Assembly: GCA_963792265.1 (NCBI GenBank)
Contig: CAWBVP010000002.1
Span: forward strand, 101,331 to 165,330
Direction: 5' to 3'
DNA: 64,000 nt
DNA from: an uncultured Gemmatimonadales bacterium
GTDB taxonomy: Bacteria; Gemmatimonadota; Gemmatimonadetes; Gemmatimonadales; GWC2-71-9
Under the pieces are notes generated by a model, which searched no databases, had not been told where the DNA came from, and was given only the letters and a program-made list of their open reading frames with translations. Shown in pieces: positions 1 to 9,400 of the stretch (its first letter is position 1; each line of letters opens with the position of its first letter). The translations under genes and the position numbers were made by a program.

Positions 1-65
1 TGGTCGGCGGAGCGGGATGCGCCGGGAAGTCGAGCCCCGCCTCGGCCGATCCGAAGAGTGGCGCA

Positions 66-389
66 GTGGTGTTCGAAGACCGGCTCACGGTGGACGAGAA
101 CGATGATAAATCCCCGCTCCGCATACCCCCGGCTCAACTGCCCGCGGCCGGTGAGTGCCGGCTCTGGTTCCCGGGAAAACCGATCCGGGAGCAGCCGCCT
201 GCGGGAGCTTGCGCTCAAGTCGAGCCGACGGCCCCACCGGAAAGCTGGGTGTTATACCGGCCCCAGCAGGATCGCCGGTTGATCCATGTGCGCCTGGTGG
301 ACCCGGACCGTGCCGGGGTGATTACGAAGGTGCGCGTCTATGATGCAGCGCTGGGAACCTATCTGGGAACGAAGCAGCGCCGCAGCTAA
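66..389 (+). CDS. hypothetical Pro-rich protein
   Basis: 107-aa ORF with no recognisable domain. The start may lie upstream of the window. Confidence 0.35.
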   Translation: MVFEDRLTVDENDDKSPLRIPPAQLPAAGECRLWFPGKPIREQPPAGACAQVEPTAPPESWVLYRPQQDRRLIHVRLVDPDRAGVITKVRVYDAALGTYLGTKQRRS

Positions 390-400
390 GGCGGCTCCGC

Positions 401-428
401 TTGACGCCACCTAGCTTCGGGATATATT
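401..428 (+). promoter_or_regulatory. sigma70-like promoter TTGACG-N16-TATATT
   Basis: The -35 hexamer is at 401-406 and the -10 at 423-428. It is AT-rich in a GC-rich context and lies upstream of the rSAM-VOC-imuB gene string. Confidence 0.45.
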
Positions 429-456
429 CGGGTTAGCGTTCCGAATAAATCCCGAA
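416..456. promoter_or_regulatory. 41-bp AT-rich near-perfect palindrome (candidate operator)
   Basis: TTCGGGATATATTCGG (416-431) matches the reverse complement of 441-456 at 15 of 16 positions. It contains four TTCGGG-type half-sites with 11-bp periodicity and overlaps the -10 and the predicted start site. Confidence 0.5.
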
Positions 457-585
457 TCCTTCCGGGGGCTCACGTGTCGCCGCTTCAATCCCACCGCACA
501 CCTTCGTCGGATCGCAAAACCGCTCTTCAGCTCGCATCCGATAGCGCTTCCCGTCCCCAAGAACCTCGTCAGCCAGCCCATTCGA

Positions 586-1853
586 TTGGTGTCTGTCCCG
601 ATTGCGCCGGTCCTCTCGTGCGCTCCTCGGCTTGCGTCAGCTGCGCTCAGTGTGGCTGGGGACAATGCGGGTGAAGGAGGCGGGGCGGGGCTGGGCGGAG
701 CGGGGCGGACGGGCAGCAACAGCAACCGAGAAGCGGAGCTCAACTGGACTTACTGCCCCGCCGCCCATCCGCCCAGAGGGCACCCGCCCGCTGCCCGCCT
801 ACCCCTCCTCGACCAGCGCAGCCGGGGCACCAAGTTCATCGAGCTATCGGTAAACTCGGTGCTCAACACTCCAGCCTCCACCGGCATGGGGTTCTGGTCC
901 ATCAATCCGTATGTCGGTTGTGAGTTCGGCTGCACCTACTGCTATGCGCGGGATACTCATCGGTGGGCAATGGAGCGGCGGGGCAGCGGGGAGCGGGGCA
1001 GCGGGCGGTAACAGCACACCGGATGCTTTCGAGCAGCGGAGCGATCTGCCCCGCCGCCACCGCCGTTCCGCTGCCCGCCTGGGAGGCATTCGAGAAAGAA
1101 ATCCTGGTGAAGACCGAAGTCGCCGCAGTGCTCGCGCGCACGCTCAATCCCGCCCGGATAGCCGGTCACTCCCTGGTCATCGGCACCGCTACCGATCCCT
1201 ATCAGCCGGCTGAGCGGCGGTTCCAGCTCACCCGCCGGATTCTGGAGGTACTGCGCTCCTATCACGGGCTCTCGATCAGCATCATCACCAAGTCACCCCT
1301 CATCACCCGCGATCTCGACCTGCTGCAGGCGCTATCGAAACACAATGAGGTGAGCGTCAACATCTCACTGGCCACGGCGGACTCCCGGCTCGCCCGCCGG
1401 TTGGAGCTTCGCTCACCGGTTCCGGGAGCACGGCTCCGGGCTCTCCGCCGGCTCAGCCAGAGCGGCATTTACGCGGGGCTCCTGATCGCGCCGATCGTCC
1501 CTGGCATCACTGATGATTGGGCCGGGTTGGCCCGGCTGATGGAGGCGGCCAAGGAGGCGGGTGCCCGCTACGTGGTCGGGTCGGCGCTCCGGCTCGGCCC
1601 CGCAGCGCGGCACCGCTTCCTTCCCCACCTCGAGCGGGAGTTTCCCGAGCTGGCCGAGCGGTATCGACGGCACTATGCCGGCAAGGACCATGTCAGCCAG
1701 AGTTACCAGGACGCTCTCAGCCGGCGGCTGCGCGCGTTGCAGCAGGCGTACGGCTTTGCGGTTGATGAAGGCATGCGAAGGCGGCGTCAGCTCGAGGGTC
1801 GTATGCCCCGGAGAGAGACCGCCGGCCTTGCTGCACAAAAGGAGCTGCTATGA
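586..1853 (+). CDS. radical SAM protein, SplB/COG1533-like (DNA repair photolyase family)
   Basis: Radical SAM cluster NPYVGCEFGCTYCYARD, with the downstream body in ORF 963-1853. The frame breaks inside the 976-1079 insert. The true start is uncertain because conserved sequence begins near 810. Confidence 0.75.
676..800. repeat. degenerate copy of the G-rich/C-rich palindromic element
   Basis: G-tract left arm (676-716), core GCAGCAACAGCAACC, and a C-rich right arm ending CCGCTGCCCGCCT (753-800). It is open in the rSAM frame. Confidence 0.5.
976..1079. repeat. palindromic octamer-repeat element inside the rSAM gene
   Basis: Left arm of CGGGGCAG-type units, core AACAGCACACC, and a complementary right arm CTGCCCCG...CCGCTGCCCGCC. 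It is homologous to 9127-9232. Confidence 0.75.
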
Positions 1854-2203
1854 CCAACGCCGAGCACGACCGCCGCATCGATTACATCGAATTCTCAGTC
1901 AAGAGCGTCGCCGAAGCCAAGCAGTTCTATGGTGGCGCCTTCGGCTGGACCTTCGAGGATTACGGACCCGACTACGCCAGCTTTGCCGACGGCCGGCTGG
2001 CGGGAGGTTTCCAGACCGTACCGCAGGTGAAAACTGGCGGACCGCTGGTGGTCATCTATGCGGCCGATCTCGAAGCCATGGAGCGGCGGGTCAAACAAGC
2101 GGGAGGAAAGATCGTCCGCTCCATTTTCAGCTTTCCGGGGGGCCGGCGGTTTCACTTTGCCGACCCCAGCGGCAACGAGCTGGCGGTCTGGTCGGATAAA
2201 TAG
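1850..2203 (+). CDS. VOC/glyoxalase-family protein
   Basis: 117 aa. The pattern IDYIEFSV...FYGGAFGW...GNELAVW is typical of the VOC fold. Its start overlaps the rSAM stop as ATGA. Confidence 0.8.
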   Translation: MTNAEHDRRIDYIEFSVKSVAEAKQFYGGAFGWTFEDYGPDYASFADGRLAGGFQTVPQVKTGGPLVVIYAADLEAMERRVKQAGGKIVRSIFSFPGGRRFHFADPSGNELAVWSDK

Positions 2204-2215
2204 CTGGGAGCCCAT

Positions 2216-3394
2216 ATGCGTTCCGTATTGTTCGTCGATCCACCCGCTTTCTGTACTACCCTCGAGGGTCTGGCGCTGCCTGCGCTCCAGACCCGGCCCG
2301 TGGGGGTCGCTCCGCCCGGTGTCGATCGAGCCACGATTCTGGCGCTGTCCGCCGAGGCCAGGCGGGCCGGCCTGAGTCCAGGAATGTCGGTGCGGAAGGC
2401 TCAGCGGCTCTGTCCCGATCTTATTCTTCTGCCCCCCAACCCTCAGCTGTATGCTCGCGCTTCCCAGGCACTTCTCGAGATCCTGCGCTGCTTCGCTCCT
2501 ACCATCGAGCCCCGGGGATACGGTCATGCATTCCTCGATCTCACCGGAACCGGCCGGCTCTTCGGTTCGCCTCAGGACGTCGCTGCCTGTATCCGGCGGG
2601 AGGTGAGCGAGCGGCTGGGTCTTCCTCTCTCGGTTGGGATCGCCGCGAACAAGCTGGTGAGTGAGGCAGCGATTAAGGCGGGAAGGCGGGAAGGGGAACA
2701 GGAGCTGCTCTATGTCCCAGCAGGGGATGAGCGAGGTTTTCTCGCTCCCCATCCCCTCGAGGTGCTGCCCGAGCTCGATCCCCGTCTGCGCCAAAGGCTG
2801 GACGATTATCAGCTCGATCTCATCGGTGAGGTGGCGGCTATTCCCGAGAACGCGCTCTGCGCTGTTTTCGGCCGGCACGGCCGAGTGCTCCGGGCCCGGG
2901 CGCGAGGGATCGATTCCCGGCCGGTTTTGTCCCCCGAACGGCAATCCGAGTTTCACCAGGTTCATACGCTGACCACCGACACCAATGACGTCGGCGTACT
3001 GCACCCCCTGTTTCGGCTGATGAGCGAGCGACTGGGGCGGCGGCTGCGCCGGCGCGGGCTCACCGCCGGACGACTGCGGCTGCAGGCGATCTATGTCGAT
3101 TACACCGCCACCTCGCGCACCGTTCCCCTGAGTGCCGCCGTTCTCGATGCGGAGCTCTGGGGTGCCGCCCGGCGCGCCTTTGCGCTGGCCAACAGCAAAC
3201 GGTTGGCCGTGCGGACTGTCGCCCTCACCCTGGACCAGTTGTGGGAGGCTGAGGCGCAGCTGGACCTGTGGGCGGGCGAGCGAGACGGACCGGCGGACCG
3301 GCCAACTCCAGCATGCCCTCGACCAGATTCACCGCCGGTGGGGAATGCGGAGCGTCGGGCGGGGGATGGCCCACCTCTCGCTGCGCCAGGCTAA
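2216..3394 (+). CDS. imuB: Y-family DNA polymerase homolog, ImuB-like (catalytic residues lost)
   Basis: DinB-like fold (LPLSVGIAANKLVSEAA). The N-terminal DMD motif is replaced by VDPP, and SIDE is replaced by GYGH (EPRGYGHAFLDL). The C-terminus shifts frame near 3290, giving LQHALDQIHRRWG in ORF 3132-3476. Confidence 0.65.
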   Translation: MRSVLFVDPPAFCTTLEGLALPALQTRPVGVAPPGVDRATILALSAEARRAGLSPGMSVRKAQRLCPDLILLPPNPQLYARASQALLEILRCFAPTIEPRGYGHAFLDLTGTGRLFGSPQDVAACIRREVSERLGLPLSVGIAANKLVSEAAIKAGRREGEQELLYVPAGDERGFLAPHPLEVLPELDPRLRQRLDDYQLDLIGEVAAIPENALCAVFGRHGRVLRARARGIDSRPVLSPERQSEFHQVHTLTTDTNDVGVLHPLFRLMSERLGRRLRRRGLTAGRLRLQAIYVDYTATSRTVPLSAAVLDAELWGAARRAFALANSKRLAVRTVALTLDQLWEAEAQLDLWAGERDGPADRPTPACPRPDSPPVGNAERRAGDGPPLAAPG

Positions 3395-3876
3395 GCCCGC
3401 GAATGCGCCACGGAGTCAGCCCGCTCCCGCCGTGCCGCTCGGCGATCCGTTCTCAGGTATTGCGAGTCCTTCTTGACATCCCATTGCACCTGCTTGAGCT
3501 CCTGCTCCAGCCGGGCGATTTGACGATGCTCGTCGGTAACCTCTCGGTCCAGGCGGGCCAGGCTCGCGTCATCGCTATCCACCGAGCTACTGTCGCCCGG
3601 CAAGATCTGCTCGGCCTGCAGCTTCTTGCGAGTAGCGTCCTGATCGCGCTCGTAGGTAAGGAGCTGGTCCTGCTCCCGCTTGAGCTCACGCCGTTTCCGC
3701 GCCAGCACGCTGTCGTCTTCCTGCAGCGCCGATCTGTCCTGGGCAATTTCCTGACTGTTATTTGCCAAATATCTGCTGGACTGAATGGGTGTCACGTTCT
3801 GCGGGCTCTGGTGACTGCAGCCGGCGACGCAGAGCACCGTCGCAGTGGTAACGATCAGGATCGTTCGGCCAGACAT
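3391..3876 (-). CDS. coiled-coil lipoprotein, hypothetical
   Basis: Lipobox in MSGRTILIVTTATVLCVAGC, a GGAGG RBS, and a charged heptad-like C-terminal region. Confidence 0.5.
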   Translation of the reverse strand: MSGRTILIVTTATVLCVAGCSHQSPQNVTPIQSSRYLANNSQEIAQDRSALQEDDSVLARKRRELKREQDQLLTYERDQDATRKKLQAEQILPGDSSSVDSDDASLARLDREVTDEHRQIARLEQELKQVQWDVKKDSQYLRTDRRAARRERADSVAHSRA

Positions 3877-4039
3877 GGTTCCTCCATCGAGATCCCTTTC
3901 GGGACTCCAGGGCAACCTCTGCGCCATCGGGTATGGAGATGCAAGTAGCTGGAGAATTGGTTGTTGCAGGCAGGCGTCAGGCGGTTTTATCGATCCGGGA
4001 GACAGCCTGGCCGGGACAGCATGTCCAGCGGACAGGATG

Positions 4040-5017
4040 TCACCAGGTCACCACGATCTTCCCGAAGGTCGCATTCCCCTCGAGAACCCGATGCGCGTCG
4101 GCCAGCTGAGTCATCGGGTAGGTTCGTTCCAGCACCGGCCGAAGTGCGGCCCCCTGCTCCCTGGTCTCGAACAGAGGCAGCATGCGCGCTCCGAACTCCC
4201 GAACCAGTGGAATTCGCTCCTCCAGCCCCCGCGTCCGCATCATGGTGCCGACGACCTCGAGTCGCTTCCGCAGAATCGGTCCCAGGTCGGCGTCAGTTTC
4301 GCTCCCCGCCAGGAAGCCGAGCAGGATCAGGCGGCCTCGGGGCGCGAGTACCGCCAGATTGTCGGCCAGAGCCGGTCCACCCAGGACGTCGAGGATCACC
4401 TGGACCGGCTCGCCCACCGCCTCGCGAAAAGGCGTTTGCGTGGTGTCGATCCCGATGTCGAGTCCATAGACCAGGGCCCGGGCCAGCTTGTCCCCGCTGC
4501 GCGAGGTGCCGAGCACGGTGGCGCCCAGCTGCTTGGCAATCTGCGCCGCCGCGGTGCCGACCCCGCTTCCAGCCGCGTGGATCAGCACTCGATCGCCTCG
4601 CTGGAGCCGGCCTCGAGTCACCAACGCATCGTAGGCGGTCAGAAACGCCTCGGGAATCGCCGCTGCTTCGGCGTAGGACAACCCCCGCGGAATGGGCAGC
4701 ACTTCGTCCTGGTGGACCACGACCATCTCCGCCTGAGCCCCGCCTCCGACCAGGCCCATGACCCGGTCGCCCACCTTCCAGCGAGTGACCCCTGGCCGCA
4801 CGGCCTCGACTTCCCCGGCATATTCGAGCCCCGGAATGTTCGCCGGCCAGCCATGCGGTGCCGCATACTGGCCCCGTCGCTGGATGAGGTCGGCCCGGTT
4901 CAGTCCGGCCGCGTGGACCCGCACCCGGATGTGATCTTTGCCGACCTCCGGCTTGGGGACTTCGCCGATGGTGATGACCTCGGGTCCGCCGGCTCCCTCG
5001 TAAATCACCGCGCGCAT
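4040..5017 (-). CDS. qor: NADPH:quinone oxidoreductase (zeta-crystallin/MDR family)
   Basis: MRAVIYEGAGGPEV..., the Rossmann motif AAGSGVGTAAAQIAK, and a C-terminal GKIVVTW. Confidence 0.8.
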   Translation of the reverse strand: MRAVIYEGAGGPEVITIGEVPKPEVGKDHIRVRVHAAGLNRADLIQRRGQYAAPHGWPANIPGLEYAGEVEAVRPGVTRWKVGDRVMGLVGGGAQAEMVVVHQDEVLPIPRGLSYAEAAAIPEAFLTAYDALVTRGRLQRGDRVLIHAAGSGVGTAAAQIAKQLGATVLGTSRSGDKLARALVYGLDIGIDTTQTPFREAVGEPVQVILDVLGGPALADNLAVLAPRGRLILLGFLAGSETDADLGPILRKRLEVVGTMMRTRGLEERIPLVREFGARMLPLFETREQGAALRPVLERTYPMTQLADAHRVLEGNATFGKIVVTW

Positions 5018-5111
5018 GGGGTTCCTATTGGCTGAGTCACGAAACATACTTCGCGGCTTTATTTCATGAGTTCGTGTTATTCAGCTGATTGCTAATAGTC
5101 GATAGTCCGGT

Positions 5112-5665
5112 ATGGCCCAAACCTATTGCGATGTGGCACCGAGTCACCAATGGCATGGGCCGTACCATGATCGGGAGTATGGCTTTCCCCTCGAGAGTGA
5201 TGCGGAGCTGTTCGAGCGGCTCATGCTCGAGATCAACCAGGCCGGGCTCTCCTGGCTCACCATTCTCAAGAAGCGGGAGGCATTTCGCCGGGCCTATGGC
5301 GGCTTCGATCCTGAGGTGGTAGCGGCCTACGGCGCCCGCGACCGCAAGCGGCTGCTGAACGACGCGGGAATCATTCGCAACCGGCTGAAGGTGGATGCCG
5401 CCATTGCCAACGCCAAAACAATTCTGGAGCTCCGGAAAACCCATGGATCGTTCGCCGGCTGGCTGGCCGCTCATCACCCGCGATCGAAGGAGGAGTGGGT
5501 CAAGCTCTTCAAGCAGACCTTCCGCTTCACCGGCGGTGAGATCGTAGGCGAGTTTCTGATGAGCATCGGCTATCTCCCCGGCGCCCATGTCCCCAGCTGC
5601 CCGGTATATCAGACAGTCCTTCGCCGAAACCCGGCCTGGTCGGTTAATCCGGGGAAAAAGCGTGA
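5112..5665 (+). CDS. tag: DNA-3-methyladenine glycosylase I
   Basis: YHDREYGFP, ELFERLMLEINQAGLSW and GGEIVGEFLMSIGY match Tag. There is no in-frame stop before the hydrolase, so the end is approximate. Confidence 0.85.
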
Positions 5666-5705
5666 GCGGGGAATGAAAGGCGTAAGCGGGAGTTGGGTGA
5701 GCGGG
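5660..5705. repeat. GCGTGAGCGGG / GCGTAAGCGGG / GGTGAGCGGG stop-codon-bearing motif cluster
   Basis: Three direct copies of GTRAGCGGG lie at the tag/hydrolase junction. Confidence 0.5.
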
Positions 5706-6464
5706 CCCGTCGGGGCCCTTTGGGTGTCGGACGGCGGACGAGAAGGGCCACCGGTAGTGTTGGTGCACTCACTGGCGGGAAACTCGACCCATTGGGATCG
5801 ACAACTGGAACACCTGCGGCCGAAACACCGGGCCGTCGCGCTCGATCTTCGGGGCCACGGGCAGTCGGAGCCACCCAGGAATGGCGACTACTCGATCGCG
5901 GGAATGGCCGGCGACATTGCGGCGGTGGTGGATACCCTGGGCCTGGATCGGTTCGTGCTGGTGGGTCACAGCATGGGCGGTGGAGTGGCGCTGACCTACG
6001 CCGGCGTTCATCCCGATCGGGTAGCCGGCCTGCTTGCTGGTGGATCCCATCGGCGATGGGAAACAGATCCCGGCCGCCGAGGCTGGAGCCTTTCTCGCCG
6101 GGACTCGAATCGGACTATGCACCACCATGATCCGGCAATACTGGACCGGCATCGCCGGGCCGAATAGTGCCGTTCGGGAGCGGCTGCTCGCCGATCTCGG
6201 CGCGATCCGAAGGAAGCCGTGCTGCAGGTGCTGCGGAGCGTGATGCAGTTCGATCCCGATCCCCTCGCTGGCACGGTACCAGGGGCCCGATGCTGTCGAT
6301 CGTCACCCCGCAGAACGATGCCGGTTCAGCCTGCACCGGCTGGGCCAGCGGATTTCCCCACCGGAGTGGTGACGGGCACCGGCCACTGGATCCAGCTCGA
6401 TCAGCCAGACGAGTTCAATCGATTGATCGATGAGTTTCTTGAAAACAGCGTGAGCGGGACGTAG
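5673..6464 (+). CDS. alpha/beta hydrolase
   Basis: VVLVHSLAGNSTHW, nucleophile elbow GHSMGG, and C-terminal HWIQLDQPDEF. The sequence is spread over ORFs 5112-6167, 6034-6243 and 6219-6464, implying at least 3 frameshifts. Confidence 0.75.
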
Positions 6465-6490
6465 GAAAGCGTTTGTAAGCGGTAAGCGGG
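6448..6490. repeat. GTRAGCGG motif cluster
   Basis: GCGTGAGCGGG and the tandem GTAAGCGGTAAGCGGG lie between the hydrolase stop and the dnaE2 start. Confidence 0.45.
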
Positions 6491-6495
6491 CGTAG

Positions 6496-9400
6496 ATGTT
6501 CACCCACCTCCACGTCCACTCCCATTTCTCCTTCGGTCTCGGGGTCTCCAGTCCCGAGGCGCTCGCGGACGCCGCGGCGCAGCGGGGCTTCCGGGCGCTG
6601 GCCTGCACCGACACCAACGGGGTCTACGGCGCGGTCGAGTTCCAGCGCGCCTGTGCCGCCGCGGGCGTGCGCCCCATCCTCGGCGCGCACCTCGTCGCGA
6701 ACGGCCAGGAGACGGTAGCGCTCGCCACCAACGAGCAGGGTTGGGCAGCGCTGTGCCGTGCCATTACTCGTATTCATTGGGAGAGTAGCGGAGCCCGGAC
6801 GCGTGCCTGAGGGCGCGCAAGGGGTGGAAAGGGGTGTCAGGCGCGACCCGACGAGTATGCCGTCCGCGCTGACATCCTTGGCCACTGATCGTGACGGCCT
6901 CATCCTTATATCTCGCGACATCGTATTCCTGGAAGAGACGCTGCGGCTCAGTGGCCCTGCAAACCTCTACGCCGAGCTGCGGCCCGGGAGAGCGCGCCAC
7001 GCGGTGCTGGCCGCCGCCCGGCGACTCCGCCTTCCCGTCGTCGCCACCAACGGCGTGGTGGCCGCGCGAGCCGAGGAATGGAGCCGCCACCGGCTGCTGC
7101 GCGCCATCGCCCTGAATACCACCCTTTCATCCCTGCCGGCAGAAGAGGTCTGGCCTCCCCAGGCGTGGCTCTGCTCCGGCGACGAGCTGGCCCGCCACTT
7201 TCCCGACTGCCCCGAGGCCATTCGGGCAGCGGAGGAGATCGCTGAACAGTGCAGCTACACCATCCCGGTGGGCCGGCGCACGGTGCCGCCTCGGGTTGCC
7301 GATACCGATTCCGCTTTTGCGCAGCTCCGGGAGATGACACTGCAAGGCGCCCGCTGGCGTTATCCGGTTGTCACCCCAGAGCTGCAGGAGCGGTTGGAGC
7401 TGGAGCTCGGGATCATCGCGCGGAAGGGATTTGCCGACTACTTCCTCGTGGTGCGTGACATCGTCCGCAATGGCCCCACCCACTGCGGCCGGGGGTCAGT
7501 CGCCAATTCGGTGGTGAGTTACTGCCTCGGCATCACCCACGTCGATCCCATTCGCTCCCAGCTCGTGTTCGAGCGCTTTCTCAACCTGGAGCGCAGCGAT
7601 CCGCCCGACATCGATCTCGATTTCCCCTGGGATGAGCGCGACAAAGTGCTGGAGTACGTCTTCCGCCAGTATCCCCGGCTTCATTCCGCCATGGTGGCCA
7701 ACCATAACTGCTTTCAGCCCCGAGGCGCCTTGCGCGAGGTGGCCAAAGTGCACGGCAGGCCGGCCGGCGAGATCCGGGAGGTGACCCGGCGGATTCCCTT
7801 CTTCGAGGATGGCGAGCGGCAGCTCCCCGACCTGATAGCGACTCACCCCAACTTTCAGGGCCTGAGTCTGGCCAATACCTGGCAGGAGTTTGCCCGCCTG
7901 GCCGTGGGTCTGGTCGGGATCCCCACGGCACTTGTCGGTCCATGCCGGCGGAGTCGTGATCACTCCCACCCCGCTCACCGACTATGTGCCGGTGGAGCGG
8001 GCGGCCAAGACCCTCGAGTGCAATCCCGATCTCGCGGTTCCGGTCATCCAATTCGAAAAAGATGGTACCGAAGACGCTGGCCTGGTGAAGATCGATCTCC
8101 TCGGCAATCGCTCGCTGGCGGTGATCCGCGATGCCATCGAGGCGGTCCACGGCCATACCAACTACCGGATCGACTATACCTCGTCTACCGCCGGCGACGA
8201 CGAAGCGGCCAAGGAGCTGTTCCGCACCGGCAAGACCATGGGCGTCTTCTACACCGAATCCCCCGCATCCCGGCTCCTTTGCGCCAAGAGCCGGGCGGAC
8301 ACATTCGAGCTGCTGGTGCTGAACACCAGCATGATCCGTCCCGCCTCGAACAAGTACATCCAGCTTTATCTAGAGCGGTTGCGCAACGGCGCCCCCTATG
8401 AGCCGCTCGATCCGTGTCTCCGCGACACGCTGGAGGAGTCGTTCGGGATCATGGTGTATCAGGAGGACGTGGTGAATGTCTGCGCTACCTTCGCCGGGCA
8501 TGTCGCCCGCCACCGGCGACGGACTCCGCAAGGCGCTCTCCAAGAAGCGGCCCGCCAAGCACCTCGGCGCCTACGCCGAAGAGTTCTTCACCGGAGCCAT
8601 GCGGCTGGGCCGCGATCCGGACGCGGCCAAGCGAGTGTGGGAGATGATCATGTCCTTCGCGGGATACAGCTTCTGCAAGGGACACTCGTGCTCCTACATC
8701 CAGGTGGCCCAGCACGCGTGCGCGCTGCGAGCCCATCACCCGGCGGAGTTCATGGCCGCGGTGCTGTCCAACGGCGGTGGATTCTACCAGCCGTTTGCCT
8801 ATGTGGCCGAGGCCATGCGCATGGGGCTCAGGGTGCTTCCGCCCGACATCAATGCCAGCGATTTCCGCTGCAGCGGGAAGGGACGGGAGATTCGGATCGG
8901 GCTGCAGTATATCAAGGGGCTCTCGGCCGATGGGTAGAGCGGGTGATGACTGCGCGGGTCGTCCTTGCGGAGCGAGGCGGAAGCCGGACCGATTTCAGCA
9001 GCATCTTTGACCTCCGCGCGCGCACCGGAATCGCTCCCGTCCGACCTGCGTCTCCTGATCAAGGTCGGCGCGCTCGATTCGATCGCCCAGGGCTGGACCC
9101 GGCCGATGATGCTGTGGATGGTGGATCGGCGGGGCAGCGGGGCAGCGGGGCCGCGGGCAGCAACAGCACACCAACGCGAGGTCGTCATTCGGAGTCGACC
9201 GCCCCGCTGCCCCGCTGCCCCGCTGCCCCGCTGACTGGTTCGACGACCTTCCGCCCGCCGTCCCGGCTCTCAAGGAATACTCCCCCGAGCGCCGCCGCCG
9301 GGAGGAATACGAGGCCCTCGGGTTCATCAGCGACGCGCACCCGATGCTGCTCCACGCCGACCGGCTGCGACATTTTCGGCTGTGTCCCAGCACCGAGCTG

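Noticed and set aside
976-1079. Whether the tandem octamer repeats (also at 9127-9232 and 19873-19985) could be CRISPR arrays.
   Set aside because: The units are 8 nt with no spacers. The two repeat blocks of each locus are inverted complements of each other, so this is a palindromic element and not an array.
5112-6464. A bifunctional Tag-alpha/beta-hydrolase fusion protein (single track ORF 5112-6167).
   Set aside because: The hydrolase has its own ATG (5673). The junction is a stop-codon-bearing repeat cluster that is out of frame by one. The window is full of indels, so separate genes are more likely.
6775-6865. Possible additional inserted segment in the dnaE2 PHP-core linker, with 6-bp flanking inverted repeat ACTCGT/ACGAGT and internal AAGGGGTG-GAAAGGGGTG tandem.
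   Set aside because: There is no second copy in the window, the inverted repeats are short, and this linker is variable in DnaE2 proteins. The evidence is insufficient.
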